Below, piece by piece: positions 38,086 to 53,200 of a stretch of DNA of 64,000 bases; positions within the stretch are counted from its first letter, which is position 1, and each line of letters starts with the position of its first letter. The stretch is from Thalia democratica (lineage: Eukaryota). The position numbers and the translations under genes were made by a program. The notes under the pieces are model-generated. The model saw only the letters and a program-made list of their open reading frames with translations, was not told the origin of the DNA and made no database searches. Location of the stretch: the NCBI GenBank assembly GCA_965202585.1, contig OZ241828.1, forward strand, positions 36,642,001 to 36,706,000. Direction: 5' to 3'.

Positions 38086-38264
38086 AACAATGAACTTCAC
38101 CGCACGATCAACAACAACAGCATCCGAGACAATCCTACGACCGGTTTCGTCCTTATTAGGACTCATCAGGCAGAAATAGTCGCGAAAAACCGCTGTTGTG
38201 ATCTAACCAAGCGGGCTTAAGTACGAAGTACTGCAGCGACCGTTTGTGGGTAAAGTCCGAAAAA
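38086..38264 (-). mobile_element. Short (about 180 bp) dispersed hammerhead-containing element, probably non-autonomous and PLE-related
   Basis: Homologous end to end with 54013-54158 at an unrelated locus, and contains a canonical hammerhead on the minus strand. Confidence 0.72.
38128..38181 (-). ncRNA. Minimal type I hammerhead ribozyme with intact catalytic core
   Basis: Minus strand: GACUAUUUCUGC-CUGAUGA-GUCCU-AAUA-AGGAC-GAAA-C-CG-GUC-GUAGGAUUGUC. Perfect 5-bp stem II, palindromic ACCGGU stem III, GUC triplet, stem I with an internal irregularity. Confidence 0.87.
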
Positions 38265-41200
38265 TTGACGCAGGCAAATTGTTTTTAACAAAAATGTATT
38301 CCTTACTTGCCATAAACAGTTTTTTCGTTGACATTAAGTGTAAGTATTGTAAAGCCTTTGAAATAAAGTAGTTTTTAACAATATATTAATATTATTCACA
38401 CTTCTGATTTAGTTTTTGCCTATTTAATCAAACGATACTTAATTTTTTTAATCGATTGAAGTTGTTTATGCAAATCTATTTAAACATAATCTTTACATTA
38501 TCATTTGTACTTTAACACATCCAAATTTTAATTAGAGAACTTTATTCAAAATAGTTTTTTATTAAATTTATTATTTAAGCTACGAAAAAGACATGTTTGG
38601 ATTTAAACTGTAAATTATATTCTTAAGTTAAACTCGTTTAGAGAAGAAAATGATACTTTAAATATCAATACTGTACAGGTAAATTAACTTTTTTGTTTTT
38701 TACTGACTTTTTGTCAGATGTTTTAAGTTTATTATAAATAATTACAAAATTACCTAGAAAATTATTATATATACTTTAATCATGAAAAATTATATTTAGT
38801 TAAAAAAAAAGGTAATGCAAAACTTAATGAAGCTTTTTTAGGGGAAGTAATTATTTTACTTGTCGTTTAAAGTTAATAAAACGAATGTTTGAAGCAGACT
38901 AATTGTCAGTAATGCAAGTATTAGTGAATACAAAGAAATACTGTCGAGCACATTTGAAGTTTTTTTCAAAAATTTGATAGAAAACTTTCTTAGATTAGAA
39001 CAATATTCAAACTTTTGTGCTAAAGAAGAACTATAGCAAGTTAAGCAATTGTAGTAAAGCTCAAAAAACAAAGTAAATAGTTAGAATTTTACTGAGCAAA
39101 AACACAGAAAATTGCTTCCGCTCCATACTCTTAATCATTGCAATTATCCACCGAATATCGACATAAATTTTATTTTAGCATAATTCGATGTTGTCCTGCT
39201 GCTCAAGATGCTCATTTGGACGTTCAATTACTTTTTAGTGTCGTTTTTTACGCCAAATACTTCACATTTTGATACTTTTGAGTGGAAGCGATATCGAAAA
39301 TTTGAAATTTGGCCGCATCTTGCCATTTAGTAAATTTGTTTTTGTTTCCATAGAAACGAGGTTGTAATCAACTGCCAAGCATGCCCGCTTACAGTGGCAC
39401 CCATACATTAAAATATTCCCAAAGGTTATTTGTGTCAAATTAAAATCTAAAAACAGCTACTCGCCGATAAATAATAAGATTACCTTAATTGCTACTACTA
39501 CTAAAAATTCGGAAGTTTTTATTTGGCTACTAAAAATATTAAACAAGCTGCTTTAAAGTTAGCACTTATTATTTGATAAACAAATTTTTCTACTTAAATA
39601 AACTTAAAATACGCTGTTTAAATATAAGATTCAACTTATGTGTTATTTTAAACACTTTAAACCAAAAAGTAATTTTTTTAAGCAGGTCATAGTAAAAAAT
39701 TTAAAAAAAATCTAACAACTAAAAATACATTTTATAAGTTGAACGTCTTTTTCTAAAATTTTTTTATGAGGCTAAATTAGCTTTTTACAAGACAGCAAAT
39801 GAAACAAAAAATACCACAATTTGTCTTGGATTCAGTAATTATTAGCCCGCAAAACGCGCAAGCAGGCTACATTAATGCACTTGATTACTTTCGAGTCGTT
39901 GTTGCTTGGTGATATGTTGCTAAGCAACCGCGATGCTAGCTAATTTCCATGCTTACTAGCACTTGCGGCTGCCACCATGAAATTTTGCTTGCCTAATCAA
40001 GCTCTAATGGAGCTTTTTTGCAATCGTGCTGGGTTGTTTTTTTTTAATTTAAATTTTGGTTTTTATCAACCTGTTTTAATATGGTTATAAATTTCTGTCA
40101 AAAAACTCATAACTATATAAAAAATAAAATAATAACTCCTTTTTTTAAAATGTTTACTTAATTTGGTGCATGTGTTTAATATTTTTAAGAACTATCCATT
40201 TTATTGTATAGTATGTTTTTACAAAAATATTCATTTTTTATACTGTATGCTTCTACCGTCTAAGTTTAAGTGAAAATTTAACAGAATCAGCAAGTAAACT
40301 AAGAAGATTTAAACTAAAAATAGCTACAGTAACTTCAGAATTTTATAAATGAAATACTGCCTTTTATAAAGCAGCTTTAAAATTCTTAAAATTTTAAACT
40401 TTAAGTTTAAGAAAATGAAACTTTAATCAGCTAATTAATTACTTTTTATAATTTATAAAGTATAAACAGTTCAAGTTAATATTTAGATAAGTTTCTAAAA
40501 TATTCTGTTTGTAGCAGTTCTTTCACACATGCTTAAAATAAATTTTATGTATTTTGTTTATAGTTACCTTCTTTAAAAAACTAATTAAAATTTATCATTT
40601 TCATTAATTTATAATATGTGTCATTTTTCTAATTTCAAAACTTTAGTTAATCAATTTTTTTTGGTATATATACATATACTTATAAAATAATTCAGCTGAT
40701 AAGATTTAAAAAAAAAAACAAAAAGTATGGCAAAAATGTACATTTAAATAAACTTTTTGATTAACAACTTAAATACAGGTGTTAGCAGTTTTTATAAAAA
40801 TTACACACTTTAGAGCTTTTTGATTTTTAAGTTTACAATATTCAACATATCCTGTCGATATTACAGAAATAAAGATAACAACAACTTTTCTGCTTTCCTT
40901 GCATTAATTTTACCTAAACAATTTGCTGAAATGTTGTTTCTTGCATCTGCTTCCTACCTGTGACGTCACATTGACAAGAAAGTTGTGTTATTTTGTCTTA
41001 CATTTGTGATTATGAAAATACTTGTTTGTACAATCGTGTCAAGTGGTAGTTTGTTGATTTTGTTTCTCCTCCCTTGCCCTTGGACCTTCAACCACGAATG
41101 AACCGTCTGAAAGTTTTCTTAGCAAAATTCTGTTCATCGTACAAAGTAAATTGTTTACTAAACTGTGAAAATACGTGTAAAAACTACAACAACATACTCC

Positions 41201-44200
41201 TTACCAAACTCCTTGTCACAAGCAGTTTTCTATTGTTATATAACTATAATATTCTATATTACAACTAACTGAATTTGGCATACACTTTACACATTTTATT
41301 ATATTAGAATTATTTTAAATAGATTATTAAAAAGTGCTTTTAGAAAATATGTTATTAAAAATTGGTAAAGATTGTCTTCTGTTGGGTTTATTAAATCTGA
41401 ACTTTAATTTTTTAAGCTGTTATAACAAAAATAGATAATGGTATACACCTTAAACAAATTTTGATTGAAAAATATAAAAATGTTTTTGTAGTCATATTGT
41501 ACAGTGATTTATAAAAAAGATATTTAAAAATTCCATGTATACTTACTATGCTATCAATATCAATCAATTTTTTTTAACACCGTTTATTTTATGCTTTTAA
41601 AGTTTAAACATTTTTGTTACCTTTTTTAAACAAACCAAAACTTTTAATAAGTATAATCTAATATTTCTATTAAAACTTACTTTGTTAGTTATGTTAAACA
41701 GAACTTCTTTTTATTAAGAATACTACTTGTTTATAGAATTTAGTTTAAAAACTAATAAAAAGACAAATTGGTACCAAATGAGTGATTTGATAATTTTGCT
41801 TTTTCAAAAACAGTGTTTGTACATTACTTTTAGGATAGAAAACTCTAAAAGATATTTAGTATAATCTATGTATTATTGTATTTAGTATCATCATAACTTT
41901 ATATACTTTTACAAATTTTTATCTAACTTGCGCATTATACATCAAAAGATCATAATTTAAGTCTAGGACAACGTTTATAATGACATTTTTAAATATGTTT
42001 TTTATATAGCGTACTTCACAAAAAACTTTGTTTACAAACTTTACGGATCAACAAAATTTTTTTTAATTTTCTTTCGTGAACGAGCGACACTTTTGTTTTA
42101 GCCACACAGCTAAATTTAAAACAAGGTTTTCGTATCTGCTCAGAACTTTTACTTCAATTGTGACACATTTGGTCTAAAATATTCTGCCGTCTTGTGAGAA
42201 AATTAATTGAAGTCTATATACAAAAAGCTACGAATAATTAATTTTAGTTGAAGTTTTGAGCAATTGTTTTATATGGTAGCAAATAATTAAAGATTAATAA
42301 CAATTAAATGTAAAACTTCACAAAATGATCAAACATAAGCACTTGTATTTATAAAATTATATTCTCTTAGCTATCACTTCACCTAAACCATGTTAAAGTA
42401 CTTTTTCATTTTCAAAGTACAATGCTAAAAGATTATTATATATTATTTATAAAAATGTAATTTAAGTTACTGTCAGTTTTGGTCGTTTTTTTAATTTTTT
42501 TTTTCTACATTATAGTTAGTCAATTCAGTCTGTTTAAAAAAACAATTAGTTTAAATAAAGTTTTCTGTATTTAGATTTATTTGTAAAAAAATGTTAGTAA
42601 TATTGATTAAGATATCTGATAAAGCTAAAAGTTTTCAATGAAACAAAACAGTTGTTAGCCCTTTATCGGCTAAAAATATTATAAGTTTGTTTAGCTGAAA
42701 TTTTAGTAAATTAAGAATTAATAAACTGTAGTTGATCAGACTTATACTAAAAGAATTGAAACAGAACCTCGATATAAATAAACAGCAGTGTAAAAAGCTT
42801 TTTAAACACCTAACCATATTTCAAAACCGGAAAAACGCTTCTGACGTAATTATGATGTCACAACTACATTAGTAGTCTACTTCTCATTATGACGTCACAA
42901 AATGTGGGCAAAGAAAGTGTGGCGCCAGCGACCGATAACGAATCTTTTTCTTTAACATCTTCATGCTTTCTATTCTACTTCAGCATCAATCTTCGAAGCA
43001 GTACGGCGGCAGAATCTAGAGAGCTGATAAAAAATTCTAAAACATCCAATGTGGGTGGCAATAATTTTTAAGATGAATTTTATTGACTTTGGGATTTTTA
43101 TTGGTACTTTATCTCAATGAAAAGCAAAATTGCAGACTGCAATTGTGATTGATGCTTAGATGTATATTTACTAATAACAAAAACAAACGTATGGTTCTTC
43201 AGAAAATCACAATAAACAAATACCTATTTTTTTACCTTCTAAGATTTTTTTCGGTAAATAAAAAAAAAAAATATTGAAATCACTTTGTAAATATAAAAAC
43301 ATCGAAAATAATTTTTATTAGGTTACCTACAATACGCTATAAATAACCTTGTTACATTGAAGTTGTATAAGAATTTTTTTGATCTTAAATGTATCTATAG
43401 TAGCCATTATTAAATATAGTTATAACAACATTAAAATTAATTTCTAATACTTATGTTGCTCAATAAAGTTGTAATAGTAACTAATTGTTATATTGTATAA
43501 AAGCTCGACTTATATATTACAACTAACTATTTTAGATATAGATAAATTTTAAGGATTTTTTTAACATCATTGTTGAAAAAAAAAACGGTTACTCATGTTT
43601 TTTAAATAATTTCTAAAAAGAGTGAATCTTAATAAGAGTTTTAAAACTTTATGTATAAGCACTGAAAAAATATTAAATCAAAACTAGAAATATTTTGCTT
43701 TGAATAAAGTTTACTGTTTTCAATAAAGTTTACTACTTGAAAGTTGTTTCTACTTTGATTTTAAAACAACTCACGAAATTCAATACTATCGATTTAAGCA
43801 GTAAAAGTATACTTAATTCATAAACAACATATATTTTCGTAGCACGATATCATAAACTTTTGGCTTATTTATATCTTCGAAAAAGTTCAAAATCAAATTC
43901 ATTTTCTATCATAGTCTATTCTAAAAAGCGAGTTTAATTTCACTCGCTCTACGAAAGCTTTCTGCGCTGACAGCAAAATAAAATATTATTTCAAAACTTG
44001 AAAAAATTATTGGATCTCAAAATCGTCTGTGTAGCGCATTTGATTGCAACCGAATCTAGAGAATTTTCACTGAAAGAAGTTAAATAAGTCTTCAAAAGGT
44101 TTTCTGTTTAAGATTGACATCTTGCTTTGATGGAAGTTTATCGTGAAAATATTACAGTATCAAGTTTATAATCAAAAATTTAACGAAACTGTCAACTAAA

Positions 44201-47200
44201 GCATCTGTTGTGATATCAATCATCTGAGATGAATATTATTCTGTCATAGAAAACATTAAAATTACCAGCTGTCACTACAAAGGCAAATTTTAAAATGTAT
44301 TTGACCGCATAGAGTTTTCTCGCTACTCGTTTTTACGACTTTCAAATGTACAAATGGTTTATTCATAGCGTAATTGCGACCAACAGTAAATCACGTTTTA
44401 TGTGTACCTGTATATTAAAGTTCCGTTTATAAACTGTCACTTTTCTATCTTTCATACTAGTTAATATTTAAACCTTCAACCATTTTTAGTAGCTAAGTTA
44501 CAATCTTTTAGTCCTATACAAAAACACATCGATAATATTGTTGGTATATTTATTGTTCGATTTATTACATTTTGTTTACATTTTTAGTACTTTGCAATCT
44601 TAAATAAATTTTTAAAGTAAAGAAAATATTAATATTTGTTACAATAAATGCATACTTTACTAAAAAAAAGTGATAACGTATTATTTTTTAATATTAAAGA
44701 AAGAAATTTAATAATTAATAAGTCTTAATAATAAATTCCTTACAATTTTTACTCTTTTATAAGTTTTTTGTATTTGTATTTGTGTTTTTCTCGTGTTTGT
44801 ATGCCATATTAAATAACTAATTTTATAACTCTTATCTAACTCTTGTAATAACTTCAAAATAAAGGTAAAATATTTTTCTTCAAATTTAATTGGTTTGGCA
44901 TACTTATTTAATCTAATCTTTTGACCATGTTTAAGTTTTTTTTGTTTCATTCTACAGCTACAATGGTAATCTGATTAATATTCGTGAATAAGATTTAAGA
45001 CTGCTTAGTAATAGTATATATAGCCTGGTTAATCTTGCTTTATAAAGTTTATTAACTTGTGGTCATTGCTTATACGCATGAACAACAGTTTTAAATCATA
45101 AACTGTGAATTTACAGTTGTCTAATTGATGACTAAAAAGTAAGGGACTTTTATTATGTTTGTATTATTAAATTTAAATGAACTTATTTGGTCGTAAATTT
45201 TAAATTTGATTATGCTATTTTTTGTAAGAGACTAGAGTTATCATATCGGCATTGAAATAAATTTCTAAAACTTTGTACGAAATGATTTTAAAGACTACGC
45301 TTCACAAGAGACAAAGTATTTTTCTGTTCACAAACAGAACATAATTAATTTATAAAAAAGTAAGCATGACTGTAAAAGTTTTTGCAAATTTATTTGAAAA
45401 ACCAAAACTTTTTTTATACAGGTATATTTTCAACTGAAAATAGAGGCAGCCAGCTAGACTCTTTTGTACAAACACCAAACAATATTTTCATTGTCGGTAT
45501 CTTACGTGGAATGTACCATCTTTACAGCGCGGCTACTGATACAACTACACTGCTTATCTTTTGTTTGATTGAGAAAATCCTTTTGTGAAACTTGTATGTT
45601 TTGTTATTTGCTTTGCGGATTTAGAGCATGTTTTTATTTGGCTTTAAAATTTCAATTTAATTCTTTATAAAGAACTTGTTTTATCTATCATATTTTTGCA
45701 ACACTTTAAATTCCATTATATACTAACAAATTTAAGTATAAATGATCTCAAGTATAGATTTTATAAATAATTCGATAATATAAATAGATCAATATAAGTT
45801 TATTTTGAAAACAAAAGTGCGTAAAATACCATTAATATAAAATGTATAAAAGGAACTTATTATCAATTTAGATATTTTAAAAGGTTACTTTTAAGAAAAC
45901 TCCAAACAGTATCAACAAAATTTTTGACAAGCTTTTGCCAAATTCAATACTAGTTTCCCTAGTTTAAATCAAGTTTGACAACTTTTGTCAAAAGTTTAAA
46001 AATAATGATGTTTAATTACTAGTATTTGATCTTTTTGACAAGTTTTAAAGAATTTTTCATATTATTTTAACTAATTTTTTGAAGACGATGGTTTTTATTT
46101 CATACTATTTTTTTTATAAATTTTTGACTTATATTTAATATAAAAAATCTAACCACAACAAAACTTTTTTATTATTTCATTGACTTTAGTGTAAACTTAC
46201 ATTATTTATTAAACAAAAGAATTAAAAACACATAAAAGTACTTTTGTAAAATTTACCTAAACATTGTTTTGAAAAATAAACTTCATAAAGTCAAAACTAA
46301 TGTTTTTATACCACAGACGTGTATTATGTAAATACATAAATATGAGTAACAAACTAAACGTTTTTTGTAAGTTTTTTAAAAACAATTTTAAAAAGCATTC
46401 TGAAAACTCAGTTTACAATCAACTTAAAAACTATGAACATTATCTTAACTTATCGAAAAGCTAATGCAATTAAAACGCTGTATAAATATTACATTATGTA
46501 TTTATATTTTCTTACGCAGACAAGTAATGTCGCCATCAACATAAATATTGATTCAAAAATAGATAAGATTCATGCAGACGCCATCACAACCCCATCATAT
46601 TATTTACGACCCCAACGCTCTTCCCCTTTACCTTTATTTTCTCACACAGCCCCCTAAAAACGTCGTTTTTTACAGTAATAAATCCCTAACTCATCCCGTT
46701 TTTATTTGAACGGAAGTTGTAATTTTTATTTGATGCTTGCGTAAATATTTGAGTATTGCAAATAAAGGTTTTAAGTTTTACCTCAATTAAGCTATTTATA
46801 ATTTTCTGAAAAAGTAAAATTTGTTTTAAAAGAAGCAGTTTTTAAAAACTAAGTTTGTGAAAACACTTTAAGCTCCACTAACTACTTACACTAAACACTT
46901 ACATTGCATACTAAAACTTATACAAGTCGTAAAATTGTGAAGTTTTGTGTTTAAAACAAAACAAGTTTGCACAGCACTAGAGTGAAAGTGTTTTTATTCA
47001 GTCCAGCTGTTAAAATCGTTGTTATTAGCGAACCAGTGAAAGCGGAAAACTTATGCCAACAGAAACGTTGTTATTAACATCATAGCACATTGTTCTTGCT
47101 AAGCCTAGTAAATAAGTTTAAAACCTAAACTTAATAACTTATGTTAAAAATTATTATAAATTTAAATTGATTTAGTTTATGCGTTTATAAACATTTGAAA

Positions 47201-50200
47201 TATTCTGAAGTTAAAATGTATAAACCATTTTTGTAATTTAAAAAAGAGATTAGATTTTGTAACATATAAATAAATTTTAAAACAGTTTGAAAAAAAATAA
47301 AAAATTCAGAATGTTTTTAAAATCTGTTAAATATTTAATTTTTTGAAATTAAGAGCTTGGTCTGAATATTTATAAAAAGGCAAGTAGCTTGGTTTAAACG
47401 CTTTTTATATGTAAATAAAGACTAGTTCGCGATGTTAAATTGGTTTTAAATTGGTTTGTCAGGATTTTTTGGAAATATATATTAATCATTATTACTGAAC
47501 ATCTTTTGTTCTTTTAAAGCAGTTAAATAAACACATTTAGCAATATTTGTATATCAGCAAATATTTTTCAATTCCCAATTCAAGTTCACCCAGTGCTAAA
47601 ATAATCTATAAATGCATTTTATACTACGTTAAAGAATTTATTTAATGTTTTGTTTTTCTCTTGTAATTAGTTTGGTTTGTTTTTTTTTCTGAACTGAGCT
47701 TTCTATTTATACTCAGAATTATGGAAAACTTGGTATAAGTAGCAAATTAAAAAACTAAGTAATATACAAAAAAAAAGTGTATCAAATTATATTTTTGTAT
47801 TAACGCAATTCTTTACTCAATTATTATAGAAATTAAGGATGTTTCACATTTAAAGCAAGAATGTTATAAAAATAATAAACTGTTTTGAATAAAGAAGTAT
47901 ATAAAAATTAAAACTACTATACATTATTTTGAATAACTTAATAACTAATCAAGATTAACTAACAACTCTCTATGTACCGTTTTGAGTTGTCAAACAGTAA
48001 GTACTAAAATAAATGTTTAAACTCAGTAATAAGTACTTAATGAAGCTCATTTGACAAAGTTTGTCTAAAATCATAACTGGAAGTTTTATGGATTGCTGTA
48101 AATATTAAGTTTACAATTTATAACAAACAAAGTTTTTATATTGTTAAAGCTTACTTGAAGCATTTAGAAAACGCAACTGTTAATTTGTATATGAGTAAGA
48201 AAATAAAATATTGAAAAATATCGACTACGGATTCCTACCTCGATATATATGCACGTTGCAAAGATGAGTAATAAACGTCACAGTGGAGTCATGAAACATT
48301 CATGTCACCAGGAGCATACTACAAGCGAGCAGGAAAAAAACTCAATACACCGAAAATACTTATTTTTGTCACATTTTTATAGAAAGTCTGACACCGAGTA
48401 TTGGAAAGCGATGACGGTTTCGAACTTAGATTGTACTTTTTTTTTTTGAGTTTGATATTTGAGCAGTGCTGTTAGTTTATTTTTCTTGCTGTTTAATAAT
48501 TATGAATTAAAACCTCTAACCAATTTAAAATTTAAAAAGATGTAAATGGCCTGTAGTTTTTAAGTTTCAGAATTTTTATTTATTTAAACATTTTAAAATG
48601 TCACATCTAAAAAAATAATTTTTATAGTTATAAAATAAAACGTACATGTAGGTTTAATAAGTATATATTGATATTTTTTTCATTAAAAAAAAATACCCAA
48701 AAATATCCATTTTTTAGTAAGTTTCAAAACTTCTTTTAACCATAACTCGAGATATGTTTCTTAATAAATAAAAACAAATAAATGTTCATGTAGATACAAT
48801 TGTTAAGATTACAATAGTAAAAATAAATATATACTATATATACAAAGAAATAGTCACAATAACTAAAAGTTAATAGAATTAAAATAGTTGTTACTTGATT
48901 TTTTAGAATTAAAAAAGTTCTGCAGCCGACTTTTAAAACCCAAAAATTAAGGGAAAAAAATTTGCACAGCTAAAACCCTGCACAGCTGATTCAAGGATCT
49001 GCTGTTAAGTTTTTTAAAGTAGCACATAATGCTTTTGCAACTGCGATTTAGTTCAACGAGCAACATGACAAAAAGTTAAAATTTCGGCGTGTTGATATTA
49101 TTGATTTCCACACAAATGGAACGACAACACGACTCATAGTGCCCGCTGCAGTTTGTAGTTTTGTGAAATATAAGCTAAATAATTGTTTTATGTCAGCATT
49201 AAAAATAACTTAATTAAACACTTTGAAAAAAAAAAGCAAACTTTTTTTCATGAATTTGACCAAAATCTACAAAAAAACTTTAAAATACTATGAACTTTTT
49301 TGAAAGAAATATTTTTAAAAACACTTTTTATTTTCAACAGAATTTGTACAATCCTTATTTACTGCACAAGCTGTTTAAGTTTATGCAGCTTATACCCAAT
49401 ACCTATCTAAAAAAAATTGTATAATAAAAAACTAAATTTAAATCAAAATTTTAGTGGTGTTTTACAAAGTAATAAAACTTATAGACTAAATATAAATCAA
49501 ATAAAAAAGCGTTGTTAGCAGAGTAAAAAGAAGTAGTGATAACAAAATTTGTTTGTTTAAATATTCATATGTTTCAAGAAAACAAAATATCACTTTAAAC
49601 GAACCTGTTTGCAAACCTAATATTCATTATTGTAAGCGTTTCAACTAAATCTATTTTTATTCGCTTTAAATTTTCCTTAACTCAAGGCTTTTCTGTTATC
49701 TTCAACTCAGAGTTTGTCGAAGAAAATGAAGTGATATTGGTGGCAAAAGTTTAAAGTTCGAAGAGTCCGCAACTTTCCTAAACTTATTCTTAAATACTGC
49801 ACAGTGCACACCTCTCACAGTTTTCGCAATTCGTTACAAAGACATACCGGTTATTTTATACGCGAATACTGCATGTTTTTATGCAACACGATAGTAAAAA
49901 TTTCACACTTTCCATTACACCTGTGTGAGGTTAATTCCTCATTGTGATATCCTGCGGGAATTTCAACATTGCGCGCGATCGTAATATTCTGCTCGGTAGC
50001 GAGATTTTATCACCACTAAACAGACGACTGCAATGTGAGCGCGTGCGTATGCGGCTGATAAGAGATAAGAAATTTATTTTTGAATCCCAGCCAACATTTG
50101 TGTGTTTTAAATAGTGTGAGCTGATTAAACTGTTTTAATGCAGCTTGTAATGTCACTGTGGTATGAAGGTTTAATTTCTGCTATTTTGTTTAATTTTGTT

Positions 50201-53200
50201 GAAAAAACGCTATGTTACAAAAGATTTTGAGATAAATACAAAATTCTGGTTTTGATAATGAGTTGGCAGGTTCACGTGCAAATCGGACGTTTTAGTCACT
50301 TTTTTCACCTGTTTTCACCTGAATTTCCCTCAACATTCGAAAATGACCAGCAAAAGTCAATCAATTTGTGACGTCATATTAGCTAAACACGCAACGCAAC
50401 ATTGTTACGTCATAGAGAGCACGGTACATCCGTTTTAGAACTTGCATGCGCTGAGCTTTATTTCCGTCTGAAAACTTAAGCATCTTTTTTCATTGATTAT
50501 TTTACTTTCTTGTGCTGTGATTTCATAGACATTTTGGAAGCAAATTTAGCCAGTATTCGTCTCTAGAAACGAACCAGCTGTCTCGATTTAAATTGTATTA
50601 TTTCTACGCTGCTTCTAAAAAATAATAATATTAAATAAGTTTATTCTACAAAGTTAAGTTAAATACTAATACAGTTAAGTAAATGAATTTTTGTAACACA
50701 ATTAAATTGTTTTTAAAAATAATGGTTTCCAAATATACGATTAGTAAAAGATACTTGTTAAAAGAAAAAGTTTATAGAGGACATTTGCATACTACAAAAC
50801 TAAAAAAAAAATTATAACTCATTTATAGTTTGTCAACATTAAGTCAAAAATAACATGTTAAACACTAAAAGCACAATAATAAATTATATGTTAAGATTTT
50901 TTGCAACCACTCTTTTCCAAAAGTTTTTTATTTTTTGTTATCAAAGTTTAAACTTCATTGAAATTTTCTACACGAATGATAATAAATCTATAAACAACTA
51001 TTTTTAGTTTTTTTTATGTTTAGTATTTAATTCTTTAACTATATTGTTGAGATCTAGAACATCCAATTTTTCAACCTTAACTATGTTTCCAAAATTAAAA
51101 CTTATGAAGTTAGTCTACGAGGATAAAACTTTTTTTTTGACAAATTTTTATTGTATGATTTCACCAGAAATATATTCTGGTACATTGTATAATCCCTTTT
51201 AAACTTTACAAAAGCTTATTTATCTCGAACATTTTACTTGAAATTACTTATCTACTAAATTTACTAAAAAAATAAAACTACTACATTGAAAATTATGCAA
51301 CAATTAAAAAAAATTAGGGGATAGTTAAATGCATTAATATTTTTGAACACGTATTTTTTGTATTGCTGTCAATCATTACACAAAACACCTAATTACGAAA
51401 TACAGTACTTATTGCCGCGCCCCGAGATTTCAATGAAACTTGCTGTCAAGCGACCGGTTGCAATGCAACATTCACGCGTGAGCGATCACAAAACGGCGCT
51501 ACTGTTAAGCTCGAATCAAACTTCGAAAGTATTTTATTTTACCGTGTGACTTTCCACAGCAATTACTATTTTCGCATCATCTGGTCGGGATTTGAAATAA
51601 ATCCTCTGTCTTGCTGTGACTTAATGAAAGCAAAATAAATAAAACTTAAATTTTTTCTCATTCTTACAATTGCAAATTTAAGCAAGTTACAAAAAATACA
51701 CAAGCTTGAAATATACTTTGCAAACTATGTTTTTTTTTCAATCAATCAAACGTAGAATATTCAATGTGTTCCAAGCATCAGTTTAAATTCTATTTTCGGC
51801 TACTAATTCCATTGGTGCGACAGGAAAAGGGATTAATTGCAATTATGAAATTCAATTAACAATTAGCAGAGTTGTTGGAACTCTCATTATCTTGTATGTG
51901 TATGGTAATTTATATGCGTTACGGATATGCATTTTTCTTGTAAATTTAATTGGTTACGTTATGCTATTTCGCTTGTGAGTCGTTTTGGGTTTGTTTAAAA
52001 GTTTAAAAAGTTGTAAATTTATCTCAACAGATCATTTAAAATTAATTTTTTATTTCGAATGATGTTTGTTTACGTTTTATTTTTGAAATAAATTTAATGA
52101 TAAATGTTAATAAAAAGATTTGTTGACATGCAATATGTTTTTTATGCGTGCGATCAAAGCTTTAAAACACAACTTAATTTATAAGTATGAAAAGATTAAC
52201 TCTACATTATCAGGAAAATACCCCAAACAGAAACAACACTATACAAAAGGTTAGTTGCTAGATGTTTTAATATTTGACTATATTTTGTATACTAAAAATT
52301 ATTAAAATGTTTTAAAAAATTTACTCAAAGAGTTTCTACAAATATTAAAATAAAATTGTTGAAAGTGTGATTTTGATAAAAGTTTTTCTTTGCGTTTGTG
52401 CTAATTTTTAGTTTATTTATAAATTAAAAAACTATGCTGACATCTTTAAAACTTAATACACTTTGATTGACATGCACCTTATTGAATTTTTTTTTTGTGT
52501 GTCAATTATTAACAATGTTTTTGATTATAAAATTTATTCATTCTGTTAGAAACACAATAAATACACTTTTTCACCAAAAACAGTTTTAATTGTAAAAATT
52601 CGTTTTTATGTACGGCCTATAACTACATAAAACTCATTTTTACAACTTCTTACAAATTCACTTACAAATTTACAGAAGATTTTAACAAATATTAGTTTAA
52701 CCATTAAGGTGGCAATAAACTTGGTTGATGTTTACGCAGAAGCAACTTTTCTACAACTTGTCTTAAAACGACAGTTACAATTCGAAAATTTCATTAATAG
52801 CAATTCAAACAAAACACTTTTGCGCGCCCCTCGTCAAATCAAAACTTTTACTCAACTGTGCAATCTGGCCTTCTTAATCTTAATGCATTTTAACGATACT
52901 TTGTCGAAGCTCCGTGATAAAAGTATGTAAATTAAGTGTAAAAGAAGACAAACAAATAGCTTTTATCTCTTCAAAATTTATGGTCTTATAGATAGTAACA
53001 GTTGTTCGAAGTAAGACACAAGCAGCTCCAACATTGATGAGCAATAAAAATATTGAAAAATAAACGAGATCCTTTTAATCTTGTAACTAATATATAAACG
53101 ATTAAATATTTTCGCGTCTTGATGTTTGGTTGTTGATGATATGACAAAACTACAAACCTTAAAAGCTTTTTTGCAAGCTCATTTTATCAAAAGTGTTACG

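Noticed and set aside
38856-39071. ORFs on both strands, vaguely hAT-transposase-like on +
   Set aside because: No diagnostic motif; expected by chance.
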